Shown piece after piece: positions 53,476 through 64,000 of a DNA stretch of 64,000 nucleotides. Below the pieces are notes generated by a model that saw only the letters and a program-made list of their open reading frames with translations, was not told the origin of the DNA and searched no databases. The number at the start of each line of letters is the position of its first letter. Positions within the stretch are counted from its first letter, which is position 1. The stretch lies in NCBI GenBank assembly GCA_020184695.1, contig JAANOX010000136.1, positions 1-64,000 on the forward strand, in the 5' to 3' direction. Origin of the DNA: Histomonas meleagridis 2922-C6/04-290x (lineage: Eukaryota > Protista > Parabasalia). The position numbers were made by a program, and so were the translations under genes.

Positions 53476-54597
53476 TGCTTAATGTGCTTTTAATGAAAAA
53501 TGATTAAGTACTAAAGAAAAGAATTTGAAATAATGTTTAACATATGAAATTGGTGATTTTAATAAAGGGAAATGCCAATGATATTTTCCTGCACTGATAT
53601 TAAATAGACCGGATTCATTATCTTTTAGCATAATAAAATTTGTTTCCTTAATGGATATATTCGCTTCGTCACGAGGTGAGAATGTTAAGTATGTATCCCC
53701 TTTGGTTTCTGAAGTAAGGTAAATGGAGTGTTTAAAAGTTTGAGAAATAGATAATTGATCAGTAAAAATCTTTGAACCTGAATTTTGTTGAGAGATTCGT
53801 AATAAGCAAAAGAAATGCATAGAGAAAGCCAAGAAGAAAACACACATCCGTGTGAAAACTTGAGAAACTTATTGATAAATCAGTCAAAAACGATACAGAG
53901 CGCTTCAACCGCTTCGCCTTTGAGTTGTTTCGTTGGCCCAACTTTTGCTGATACGTGTTTTATTGTTTTTGCAATCGGAAGATGTTCACAAAGCTGAAAC
54001 GCGATGTTTTATTATGAAAAGTGACATAGGTTCCAGAATTAAATTGTATATTAATCCTGTTAAAAAATTAAAGAAACAAGATGTCATCTTTTGTCATCAA
54101 GCAAACATTGAACACCTTTGAATTACAAACGGTCAAAAAGTTTGTTTCTATACAATTAACAGTCCTTCCAATTGGCATATTGAATTTTGAATGCATTATT
54201 TCTCATGAGAAAGAGATGAAAAACGGTTTTTAAAAAATGATGGTTGTCCACATTAAGCCACACTCATTTGTTTGATATGCAAACGTATACATGTTTCTAA
54301 GCCATCACAAACATAAACTAATATAACTCGATATCTATTCAAACGCTTATTGGAAAAGTGCTAATGTAGAAGGGCACCCTGCTGAAACAATCCCATTTGT
54401 CAGTGCTTTAGATGAGTTTTTGTGAAATGAAAAAAATTGGACAATTTCATTTTCAACATCGCAAATCCACCAGATTCAAGGCAAAGTAGAAAAACTTCAA
54501 GAAAAGCCAAGTAGAATAATTCTTTATTTCATTCCAAGATTAAGCCAGCACTTTCATTGATAAACAGCGAAATTACAGTTACATTTTATAAATATCT

Positions 54598-55590
54598 TTA
54601 GTTTAAACAAATGTTTACAAATTTATTTGCCTCCTCTTCATTTTGGAATTTTATTCGTATAATTTTTACCTTATTACTTTCATCAACGACAATCATTTGA
54701 ACGCAATTTCCTAATTTTTTGATTTTGTTTTTATTTTCGTTTATTATTTGGTTTTCGATACAAATTCCATTTGAGTTATTCCAAATTATTATTCGTTTTT
54801 TATCTGAACACTCACTAACACATAAAATTGAATTAGCAATAAAAACAAAATTTTGAATTTCGTTATCATAATGATATAAATTTACATTTTCAAATTGTAA
54901 AAGACATTTTTCACTCGGAAGTAACGAAATTTGTATTGGAGAATTTCGTTTATATTCGAAGCTATCTGTGTAATCTGCTTCTTCATGGCTCATCTTGGGA
55001 TAATTACAGTCGCCAAGTGGAAAATAGTCGGAAAATATTAACGATGTAAATGGTTTGCTTGGTTGTGTCGTGGATTGGAATGTTTTCGATGTGCCAAAAT
55101 GAAACGTTGCTTTAAATGGCTGAATTTTTTCAAATGTAAAATGCTGTTCCACGTTTTGTTGGGGTAAATCGAGTTGAGTAGATGTGCTTTGGGCTTGAAT
55201 TGTTGGTTGTGACTGATTTTGTTGATATGAAATATTATACACCAATGGTTGTGGAGTGCTTTGTGGTTTGACATTTGTGCAAGGAAATGCATTTTCAGTT
55301 GGTGCATTTGTTTGAGGTTGTTGCAGGCTTTGCATAGAAACAGGACCACTTTGCTGAGACATGTGGGAGTTTGAATTTTGGCTAGAATTAGGATCGCAAT
55401 CAAAATTATAATGTTGACGTAAAAAATTCAAATCAACTTTATTCTGCATGCTATTTTGATTTTGGTTATTTGTGGTTTGGAATTGTATTGTTAAATCTTG
55501 ATTTGAAGGTGGATTAATTGGATTTTTTTGTGGAAAAATTGAATTCTGTTCATTTTTTACAGAATATGTTAAATTTTTGACTTGAAACAA
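54598..55590 (-). CDS. Q/N-rich protein with possible C-terminal RanBP1/PH-like domain
   Basis: Low-complexity N-terminus. The C-terminus (VNLYHYDNE...IRIKFQNEEEANKF) resembles the Ran-binding/PH fold. Confidence 0.45.
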   Translation of the reverse strand: MFQVKNLTYSVKNEQNSIFPQKNPINPPSNQDLTIQFQTTNNQNQNSMQNKVDLNFLRQHYNFDCDPNSSQNSNSHMSQQSGPVSMQSLQQPQTNAPTENAFPCTNVKPQSTPQPLVYNISYQQNQSQPTIQAQSTSTQLDLPQQNVEQHFTFEKIQPFKATFHFGTSKTFQSTTQPSKPFTSLIFSDYFPLGDCNYPKMSHEEADYTDSFEYKRNSPIQISLLPSEKCLLQFENVNLYHYDNEIQNFVFIANSILCVSECSDKKRIIIWNNSNGICIENQIINENKNKIKKLGNCVQMIVVDESNKVKIIRIKFQNEEEANKFVNICLN

Positions 55591-55817
55591 GGTTCAGACA
55601 GACTTTGTTAAAAAAAAGTCAGAACCCAGCTTAAAAGATTTTTTTGTTTGATAAAATTTTCATGTTTATTCAAAAATGAAATGAATATTATAATATAGCT
55701 ATTATGGATATTCAATAAATGCTATTTTAGTTCGTTTGTACTTTGTATATGGTGAAATATTTGCATTCAGATTTAATGTTGATATTTTCTCAGATTGAAA
55801 GGTTTACCTCCGTTTAA

Positions 55818-58800
55818 ATGGGGGAAAATGCGTACGATTGGGACGAAAACGCAATAATTGAATCAAACTTAGAATGGAAACCATTTCCATCTTTACATGT
55901 AAAATTTACCAAAAGTTCACCCATTTCTGTAAAACAAATGCAACCAACAATTCCATCTTCACATATCATATCAAACATTTTTGAAGGATTTTTACTTGAA
56001 ATTGCAAACACAGCTGATGAAGAAAGCAATCAATCAAAAGTTTATTGTTGGAATGATATATCAAATTCTTCCCTAAAATCAGTAAAGAAAGCTGTCTTAA
56101 ATGGTTTAACCACAGAATATAAAAATGCATTTCCTAAAAGCACTGTAGATGCTCAAGTAATTTCTGGTTCTACTGATTTTTATTATCGTGTACCTGATGA
56201 AACGCCTGAAATGTTAATCTTTCATATATATAATCCACGTGACAACGAAATCCAAAAGCCGCGAAACACTACCAAAAGCAAAATGTCAAGTTATAGTTTT
56301 AATAGTTTTAATCAATTAAATCATCTTTCAGTAATTCCACAATCAACCAATGGTTTTTCATTTGACGTTGATTCCACTGCCAATTTTTTTCAAGAATATG
56401 ATTGTACCAAAATTTTTATTTTTGATTGTCCATTAGCTAGTCATGAGTTATATTCACTTTCACGAAAACTCAAAAACTTTTATGGATTTGCTGCCACCAA
56501 AGATAACTTACCATTTGTTACACGCATGCCTTGTGATTTATTTACATCATGTTTACTAACCCCATCAAAAACCGCCATTTTAATTCAATCCTTAACGTAC
56601 GAAGACCTTAATAATGGAATCTTAACACCTTTAGATACACAAGAAATGGCCATATTAATTGAAGAAAATCCACATTCTGAACGAATACTTCAAACATTGG
56701 ATCAATCATTAGAATTATTTGCCGATCGAATTGCATTTGAGACCTTAGAAAACGACATTAATTTATTTTATGAAGTATTTCGAAAAGATCCAATTACAGC
56801 CAAACTATTTTACCGGTTTATGTTAGCATGTCGTATAATGAAGAATGTATCAACGACGCCATATTCTTATCCCGTGTTACCTAATATGAATTCGCATCCA
56901 TTATGGGAATCATTTGATTTACAAGTCGATCGAGCCATTTATTCACTAAAAGAAAATAACAGTTCCGATATTTATACTATTGATTATTTATTAGAGGAAC
57001 AAATCGAACAATTAGAGAATTGGTTACATTTTTTAAGCTCTTCGAGAGAAATGCCTGACGAATTGTCATCACTTGAATTCCTTTTTGATTCCAAAAAGTT
57101 TTTTCCACGCGCAATTGAATTTGCTGCGAAATTTGTTACAATTTCGAATTATACAACAGAGAAATTTCTTGACACAAGAGCATTCCCTGTTTTGGTACAT
57201 AAGATTAATGATTTAAATGAATATGATGTTAATGTTAAATCGAATTATTCGATTGTGATCGCATCTGTTTTCTCATATTCGAACGAATTAAAAAAGTATT
57301 TTGTTGGTTCAGTTGATTTATGGAGAAATAACTTGTTAATAAGCGATGAAGAAAATTTCGTCATTTCTTGTTTGTGTTGTCTTTTACAATTCCCGAATGA
57401 TGAGACTTTAATTCCTTGTTTAAAAAACCTCACGAAACATAAGTCATCAAACGTTAGAACACTTTCTAATTTGTTATTATCGAAAATGTTTGTTTTACCT
57501 GATTTACCTATTGATAAAATCTCGAATGAAGATAACCCTTTATGTAGAGCTACGATTGTGTCTCGAATCATTCCGGCAATTAAAAAACTGGATATAAACG
57601 ACCAAAGACGTAACGAATTATATTTCGATTTGTTCTTTTCGTTAAATGATCCTTTTATTTATGTAAGAGACGAATCAATAGTCGCAATTTCGAATGGAAT
57701 TGTACTGGAAAATTCAGATTTTTTTGACGAGATAAATAAGTATTTAGAAAATGATTTGGACGATAATTTAATTGATAACCCTTTGATCTTCTTGTTAATT
57801 CGTTCTTTAAATATTTTAATTTATGATTCTTCAAAATATATTCGAAAAAGATTTTTGAAACTTTTGAATTTGATCGATAGAAAAATTGATAATGAAGAGT
57901 GTAAACCTCTGAAATCGTCTTTAGAAAATTCGTGTATAACCGAAATCATTCATTCAAATAATGAAGTCGAAGAATTAACAAAATCAAATCATGTAATTTC
58001 AAATCTTTATGGTTCATCAAATTCTAGACTTTGTGGTGTTCCAACTATTTCTTCAACAGGACTTTTGGCTTGTGGAAGTTGTACTGGAAAATTTTATTGC
58101 CAATTTAATAACAAAACAGAATGTTTCGATTACTTCGAGCCAAAATTGGAAATAAATGAAATACCAAATCGATTTATTAAACTGTTTGATGGTTATATCA
58201 AAAAAATTCCAAAAATTATTTATTCAACATATATTGACGACTCAAAAATTTTGTTAATAAATGATAACTCTCAATGTATTGTAATCGATGACGAAATTCA
58301 AAATGACATATCATGCTCATTTTGGATGGAAGAACCTGACGTATGTAATAATTTAATCACTGATTATAATTTTATGACGCACCAAATAATCGAATCACCA
58401 AATTCAAGAGTCGCTCATATTTACGATCTTGAGAAACAGAAAAAAATTATGGATTTAAATTTTGGAAATATGAAATTTAATCATACGCAATGGCTAAAAC
58501 AATTTTCTTCGTTATTGGCTGCCTCTGTTGGTAATAGCTTGTATATTTATGATGTTAGAGCTGGTTGTAATTGTGTGGAAGCAATTCCAAATTTTGGCGA
58601 AAAAATTATAAGTTGTAATTCTTCTTGTGCGCTTCCATACTACGTTATAACTGCTAAGGAATCCGGAAATATCAATATGTTTGATTTAAGAAAAATGATT
58701 GAATGTGAAAAATGTTCAACTGGTAAAGAGTTAAGACAATTTGATATCCACAAGCAACTTCCATTTGCTTTTGGATTAACAAGCTCACAAGCTTTCACAT

Positions 58801-58949
58801 TGATGTTCGGTTCTGGTTCATTCGAATTAGAAATGAAAGATCCAAAAATTGTCTTGGATAGTTTCTCTTTACATTTGATTGAATCTGCTTGCGCTGTCAG
58901 AAAAGGAAATCAAGTTTCTTACGTGACAATTAATTTAAATATGGAATAG
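55818..58949 (+). CDS. Divergent Raptor/KOG1-like protein
   Basis: RNC motifs LPFVTRMPCDLFTSCLLTP, FRKDPITAKLFYRFMLACRIM and HPLWESFDLQVD; HEAT middle region; WD40 C-terminus. Confidence 0.85.
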   Translation: MGENAYDWDENAIIESNLEWKPFPSLHVKFTKSSPISVKQMQPTIPSSHIISNIFEGFLLEIANTADEESNQSKVYCWNDISNSSLKSVKKAVLNGLTTEYKNAFPKSTVDAQVISGSTDFYYRVPDETPEMLIFHIYNPRDNEIQKPRNTTKSKMSSYSFNSFNQLNHLSVIPQSTNGFSFDVDSTANFFQEYDCTKIFIFDCPLASHELYSLSRKLKNFYGFAATKDNLPFVTRMPCDLFTSCLLTPSKTAILIQSLTYEDLNNGILTPLDTQEMAILIEENPHSERILQTLDQSLELFADRIAFETLENDINLFYEVFRKDPITAKLFYRFMLACRIMKNVSTTPYSYPVLPNMNSHPLWESFDLQVDRAIYSLKENNSSDIYTIDYLLEEQIEQLENWLHFLSSSREMPDELSSLEFLFDSKKFFPRAIEFAAKFVTISNYTTEKFLDTRAFPVLVHKINDLNEYDVNVKSNYSIVIASVFSYSNELKKYFVGSVDLWRNNLLISDEENFVISCLCCLLQFPNDETLIPCLKNLTKHKSSNVRTLSNLLLSKMFVLPDLPIDKISNEDNPLCRATIVSRIIPAIKKLDINDQRRNELYFDLFFSLNDPFIYVRDESIVAISNGIVLENSDFFDEINKYLENDLDDNLIDNPLIFLLIRSLNILIYDSSKYIRKRFLKLLNLIDRKIDNEECKPLKSSLENSCITEIIHSNNEVEELTKSNHVISNLYGSSNSRLCGVPTISSTGLLACGSCTGKFYCQFNNKTECFDYFEPKLEINEIPNRFIKLFDGYIKKIPKIIYSTYIDDSKILLINDNSQCIVIDDEIQNDISCSFWMEEPDVCNNLITDYNFMTHQIIESPNSRVAHIYDLEKQKKIMDLNFGNMKFNHTQWLKQFSSLLAASVGNSLYIYDVRAGCNCVEAIPNFGEKIISCNSSCALPYYVITAKESGNINMFDLRKMIECEKCSTGKELRQFDIHKQLPFAFGLTSSQAFTLMFGSGSFELEMKDPKIVLDSFSLHLIESACAVRKGNQVSYVTINLNME

Positions 58950-59300
58950 ATTAGAAATAAAGGAAATTTTTATTCGTTTACAAGTAATTTTTGTGTGTAA
59001 TGTGACCAAATAACAAGTCAAAGATTTCAATTCATGAATTGACACCGGTTTAGAAAATTGAATTTCGTTCAATTTATATGGGAGAAATCTTAAAATATTT
59101 ACATACATAAATGAATAAATATAAAATAGTTTTTTATTATAATTAGCATTCTTTTATATATATTAAATATATAATTAAATCTAAATATATTAAATGTAAT
59201 TAAAGATATTAAAGTTGAATTGTTTCAACTGATAAAATATTCTCTTCAAAATTCAGAGGAAACAAATTTGACAAGATTAATCCTGTTGGCCAGCTCCAAG

Positions 59301-60719
59301 ATGAAGAAGTCCAATGTACCGAAAATAATCGGAAATTATAGCCTCAAGAAACAAATCGGGAAAGGATCATTTGCTACTGTATGGTTGGCTGAACATACTC
59401 TTGCTAAGGAAAATGTAGCAATTAAGATTATTGATAATACAACAATTCAAGAAGAAGAAGCAAGAACAAGGTTTATACGTGAAATCAATATTATGAAACA
59501 AACTGATCATCCATTTATCTCAAAACTTTTTGAAATCATTGAAACACCAAAGTATACTTATCTTGTAATGGAATATGCAGAAAACGGTTCCATTCTAACC
59601 TATGTCAATAGCCATGGAAGGCTTCCTGAAAAAGTTGTTCGACGTTACTTTTCACAATTAATATCAGCTCTTGAATATCTTCATGAAGTACGTCTCATAG
59701 CTCATCGTGATCTCAAAGCAGAAAATGTTCTTTTAGATCGTAACTATAATCTAAGACTTATAGATTTTGGTTTATCAAATAGTTTTTCTGCTGATTCACC
59801 AGAACTAAAGACAGCATGTGGTTCACCAGCGTATGCTCCACCGGAGATGATTCTTGGGCATAAGTATACTAAAGCTGCTGATATATGGAGTGCTGGTATT
59901 TTATTATATGCCATGGTTACAGGTGAATTACCATTTGATGATGATGACATCCAACGTCTTCTTCAACAGATTGCCTTTACCGAGCCACATTATCCCAATT
60001 ATTTATCACCACAGATTGTTGATTTACTCCACAAAATCCTTACCAAGAACCCAGAGACGCGCTTAACCATTGAAAAGATCAAACATCATCCCTGGTTTTC
60101 AACGAATGAGTATGAAATGTTTTCTCGCCTTCAATCTAACGAAGAAAAGTGGCTTCAGTCCGGCATTGAAACTGATCTTATACCTAAAATTCAGTCGATG
60201 GGCGTCAACATCAACAAGTTAACGCAGTCACTTTTGGAGGGCGAATACAACGAGTCAACTGCCATCTACTTAATCCTGAAGCGCATTAAAGTAACGGAAA
60301 GCATTAAGGAAATGATGGATTCGCTTGACGAGTCATCACGCAACAAAGTGGAGAAGCCTGTCGCACGATGTAACTCTGGATTAAATGTCGGTGAACAACG
60401 GAGAAGTCATCGCTTGCATATGAGGCCTAGACATGACTCTGCACGTATACAAGCTGTGCCGTCGCCGATTGCAAAACAAGCCGCGGAACAAACGCCAGTG
60501 AGTAACCAAACAAATGTGGTGGTCGTGCATGAAAAAAGACCTTCGAACCAAAGCGAAAGACATAATCCTATTCCTAGGCCAATTCCGAAACCTGCAGCTC
60601 ACAGACGTACAAATGGTAACGGAGATGAACAAGGGCCATCGCCTTTGAAGTCATTGAGGAAATATAATGAATCAAAGGAAGTGATTAAGCGAAGAAGATC
60701 AAACTCACTTGTGATGTAA
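59301..60719 (+). CDS. CAMK group (SNF1/AMPK-like) Ser/Thr kinase
   Basis: GKGSFATV, VAIK, HRDLKAEN, DFG, TACGSPAYAPPE and DIWS motifs, followed by a UBA-like segment. Confidence 0.93.
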   Translation: MKKSNVPKIIGNYSLKKQIGKGSFATVWLAEHTLAKENVAIKIIDNTTIQEEEARTRFIREINIMKQTDHPFISKLFEIIETPKYTYLVMEYAENGSILTYVNSHGRLPEKVVRRYFSQLISALEYLHEVRLIAHRDLKAENVLLDRNYNLRLIDFGLSNSFSADSPELKTACGSPAYAPPEMILGHKYTKAADIWSAGILLYAMVTGELPFDDDDIQRLLQQIAFTEPHYPNYLSPQIVDLLHKILTKNPETRLTIEKIKHHPWFSTNEYEMFSRLQSNEEKWLQSGIETDLIPKIQSMGVNINKLTQSLLEGEYNESTAIYLILKRIKVTESIKEMMDSLDESSRNKVEKPVARCNSGLNVGEQRRSHRLHMRPRHDSARIQAVPSPIAKQAAEQTPVSNQTNVVVVHEKRPSNQSERHNPIPRPIPKPAAHRRTNGNGDEQGPSPLKSLRKYNESKEVIKRRRSNSLVM

Positions 60720-60819
60720 TGATGAATGTTATTTAATAAATGATTGACTTATATCTCGATAAATTGGACTCTGCTTAAACGATGACAAAGCATTAAAATT
60801 CGAGAAATACTTCAAAAAA

Positions 60820-61102
60820 ATATGCCATAAAAAGTTCGACGCCACTTTATGCTTCTCCGGAACATAAAGAATAGGAAAAGCTGAGTCCTAAAGTTGATAT
60901 TTATAGCCTTGGTATCATTTTCCTCGAAGTTTTTGGTTCATTTAATACTGAAATGTTGAAAATGAAAACTATAAAACAACTTAAGGACAACGGCGAAGAG
61001 AACATAAATACTGACGAAAAATTAAAATCATTTATCAGCAAGGATTCAAGCAAAAGACCAAACGCTGGCGAAATAATCAGTGCACTTGACTCTTTGCTTT
61101 AA
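60820..61102 (+). pseudogene. C-lobe fragment of an eIF2-alpha (PEK) family kinase
   Basis: STPLYASPEHKE*EKLSPKVDIYSLGIIFLEVFGSFNTEM...KRPNAGEII with an internal TAG at 60872. The F-x-T-E-M segment is typical of eIF2-alpha kinases. Confidence 0.65.
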
Positions 61103-61259
61103 AATAAAAAATCCTAAATTAATAATAAATATTAGGAAAATATCCCTAAAAATATAAAAACCAATTTTTATATTGGATATTTTTTTTTAATAAAACGCTC
61201 ATTCTTTTACTTGTTTTTTATTTCGAAATGAAATTGTGTAAATGTTTTAGAAATTCTTT

Positions 61260-61955
61260 CGATTTTATGGCTGAAGAAGAGATCGAGAGAGCGAATATGT
61301 GACAAACTTCTTAACATATTATTTATTTTACCGATTTTTGGATCTGAAGTTATTAAATTGTAATTCATGCAGTTAAAAAATGTTCTTTATTAAACGATAT
61401 TAAGATACCAAATTCAGCTGAAACAATCGGAAATTCTATTTTTAATCGTTGTTCGGATATGAAAATGATTATTTTAGTGAAAATCCAAAATTAATTTATC
61501 AAAGGACATTTTATCAGTGTTCATCATTAATTAATATTATCATTCCAAATATAGTTGAAACTTTTAAAAGGAATTTCAATCATATACAAATTTAGAAACA
61601 ATTATTATTGGAGAAAATGTCAAAAACATTAACGATGATGGATTTTATGCCTCATAGATTAAATATATTTATTATTATGGTAAATCAGAATCAAAACATT
61701 TCATTACCAGTCTTTACATGTATTGAATCAATAAATGTTATGTCATTATATCTATTATAGTAATTTCTTTACAATTATATATCAAAATGAAAATATTAAT
61801 TTGACATTAAAAACACAATAATAATTATAAGTGTTTGCGTTGCAGTTGTCGTAATTGTAATAATTACAATACTTATCGTGGTTTTGGTTCGAATACATAA
61901 TAAAAAACAAACAAATAATGAACAAAATTCAAAAAGTCTCGAAGAAAATGATTAA
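61260..61955 (+). pseudogene. Degraded BspA-like gene
   Basis: ETIGNSIFNRCSD and IIIGENVKNI remnants with frameshifts, plus TM IIIISVCVAVVVIVIITILIVVLV. Confidence 0.7.
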
Positions 61956-62240
61956 TTCGGTTTCCCTTCGAGGTAATTCCTACCCAAACACTTTGATTAT
62001 GTACTTCTGTCCATGATGACTTGTTTAACCTTTGCAGTGAATCGATGGCCACTATTGTACATTTGCTCTGTTGACATTAACACATTTCACTATGCGATTG
62101 CTTCTCCTTTCGTCTCTATGATCACAACAACTTCGTCCACTTCGATTCCGTTCTCAAATCGAAGTATGCCCGGAATCATAACTTTAGCGCCGTGACAGAC
62201 AGGGTCGGCGGATGAGTCCTTTATTACACTTCGTTTTAAT
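61952..62240 (-). pseudogene. cbf5: PUA-domain fragment of dyskerin/Cbf5
   Basis: [54 protein letters not shown]...AKVKQVIMDRST*, with in-frame stops. Confidence 0.8.
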
Positions 62241-62929
62241 AATTTGAAATTTCATGGTGATGTTTAGCAATTATTTTTTTACAACACCTTAATAGCATGT
62301 TGTATCTAAAAATATTTAAAAATATTTTTTATGCAAGGAGGAATTGATATGAATACTAAATATTTATTTATTTGAAAGTTATAATTTTAAAATTGTTGTT
62401 AATTTTTACTAATATTTAGAAAATAAAAAGAAAATTGCATAATTTACTGTAAACAAAATATTTAAATTATTTTTTGGTTCAAAGATATTTTTGTTTGAAA
62501 AGTATATTTATATCTGGTCGAAACACTTTTTATCGGATCAGACGACAAATGGCAATGGATTCTACGATATTTTTCTTATGCATTTTATCTAAGAGTTATT
62601 CATTTACTGATGAAACTATATTACTTCAAAATACATATAGCGTTTACAATCAAAAATCTGCTATTTCAAACTTTTTGAATTTTTTCACTATTCGCAAAAA
62701 TACATTATATTTTTTGTTTGTAAAAAATCTTTTTTTGATTACTAATATAAATATTCAATTAAACACTCTAAAAAACAATATTTATTTAACAAATCTAGAT
62801 TACTTAAAAGAAAATTTTTTTCCTTATTATGAGAATTCTATCTGTAAAATGTTTTATAAATTATTAATTTTATTTTTTTGTGGAATCATCTTATTTTGTA
62901 AGATTTCTTCAAATAATTTTTCTACTAGA

Positions 62930-64000
62930 AATTTAATTCCTTTTATTTTCTCATTATTTTTCATAAAAACATTAGAATCATATAACAAATTAAATAAAAC
63001 ATTAATTATATCTGAACCAAATGATTTTCGTATTTATGAACAATTTAAACATTCTATTAAACACATTATTATTAAAGATGGAATTTTAAATATTCCACCA
63101 AAGGCATTTCGAGAAAGATTCTGCTTTTCCCGGGAACCATTAACTATAGAAATACCAAAATCAGTAAAATCAATTGGAACTGCTGCTTTTGAAGGTGGAG
63201 TTTTTCAATATATAAAAGTGTTCAAAGATAATCCAAATTATTCCAATTATAACAATGATGGAGTATTGTATAATAAAGATATCACGGAAATCATTTGTTA
63301 TCCAATTGGAAACAAGAAAAAAACATTTGAAATACCAAACTCAGTAATTTCTATTGGAGAATATTCATTTTATTTTAGTTTCTTGGAAACAATTAAAATT
63401 GGTAAAAATGTTAAAACAATTGGAAATCGTGCTTTTTATAAATGTTGGTTTTTAAAAAAATTAATTATTCCAAATACAGTTACTTCAATTGGATCTGGTG
63501 TTTTTGGTTATTGTACAAAACTTACTTTCATAAAAGTTTCCAAAGATAATCCAAATTATTCCAATTATAACAATGATGGAGTTTTGTATAATAAAAATTT
63601 TACGGAAATCATTTGTTATCCAATTGGAAACAAGAAAAAAACATTCGAAATACCAAAATCAGTAATTTCTATTGGAGATTATTCATTTTATTTTAGTTTC
63701 TTGGAAACAATTAAAATTGGTAAAAATTTGGAAACAATTGGTAATTATGCGTTTTCTTGTAGTAAATTCCAAATAATTAACATTGGAGAAAAGGTGAGAA
63801 CAATTGGTAATTATGCATTTTCTTGTTGCGAAAAGTTGCGCTCAATAAAATTAGGAAAAAATATTGAAGCAATTGGTAAAAATGCATTTCAAAGATGTTT
63901 TAAATTTCGGAATATTACAATACCAAATTTAGTTAGCTCAATTCAAAAATATACGTTTTCTGAATGTAAAAGGTTAGAAATAGTACAGTTTAGAGAAAAT
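62930..64000 (+). CDS. BspA-like LRR protein, running off the window end; no in-frame ATG seen near the signal-peptide-like segment
   Basis: Open frame LIPFIFSLFFIKTLES...EIPKSVKSIGTAAF...DNPNYSNYNNDGVLYNKD...IIPNTVTSIGSGVFGYC to the window end. Confidence 0.8.

Noticed and set aside
1-64000. tRNA, rRNA or snRNA genes
   Set aside because: No convincing cloverleaf or conserved rRNA/snRNA motif was seen by eye. tRNAscan-SE or Infernal would be needed to exclude them.

Overview
AT-rich eukaryotic DNA, most likely from a trichomonad parabasalid (Histomonas/Tritrichomonas-like). This is an inference from DUF3447-ankyrin and BspA surface-protein families, TCAYT initiator motifs before ATGs, TAAA signals overlapping stop codons, and intronless housekeeping genes. 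The window carries single-copy genes (ABCF, SCY1-like, Nap1/NCKAP1, ARF, WRAP73, FHIP-like, PP2A-A, thioredoxin, PGK, Sel1, Raptor-like, SNF1/CAMK kinase). These are interspersed with multigene-family members, a decayed pogo/DDE_1 DNA transposon with TIRs, and orphan fragments of housekeeping genes (EF2, Cbf5, eIF2-alpha kinase). The main observation: ankyrin repeats at four loci are interrupted at the same spot (the D-x-x-G-x-T beta-hairpin) by AT-rich intervening sequences lacking GT-AG ends and the parabasalid ACTAAC branch motif. Twelve of the 13 inserts in the three DUF3447 genes are exactly 68 nt despite strong sequence divergence. Excising the four inserts at 22754-24441 restores a fully open 471-aa ORF. 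This suggests an undescribed non-canonical intron or recoding system, but no transcript evidence is available here and exact junctions can slide by a few nt.
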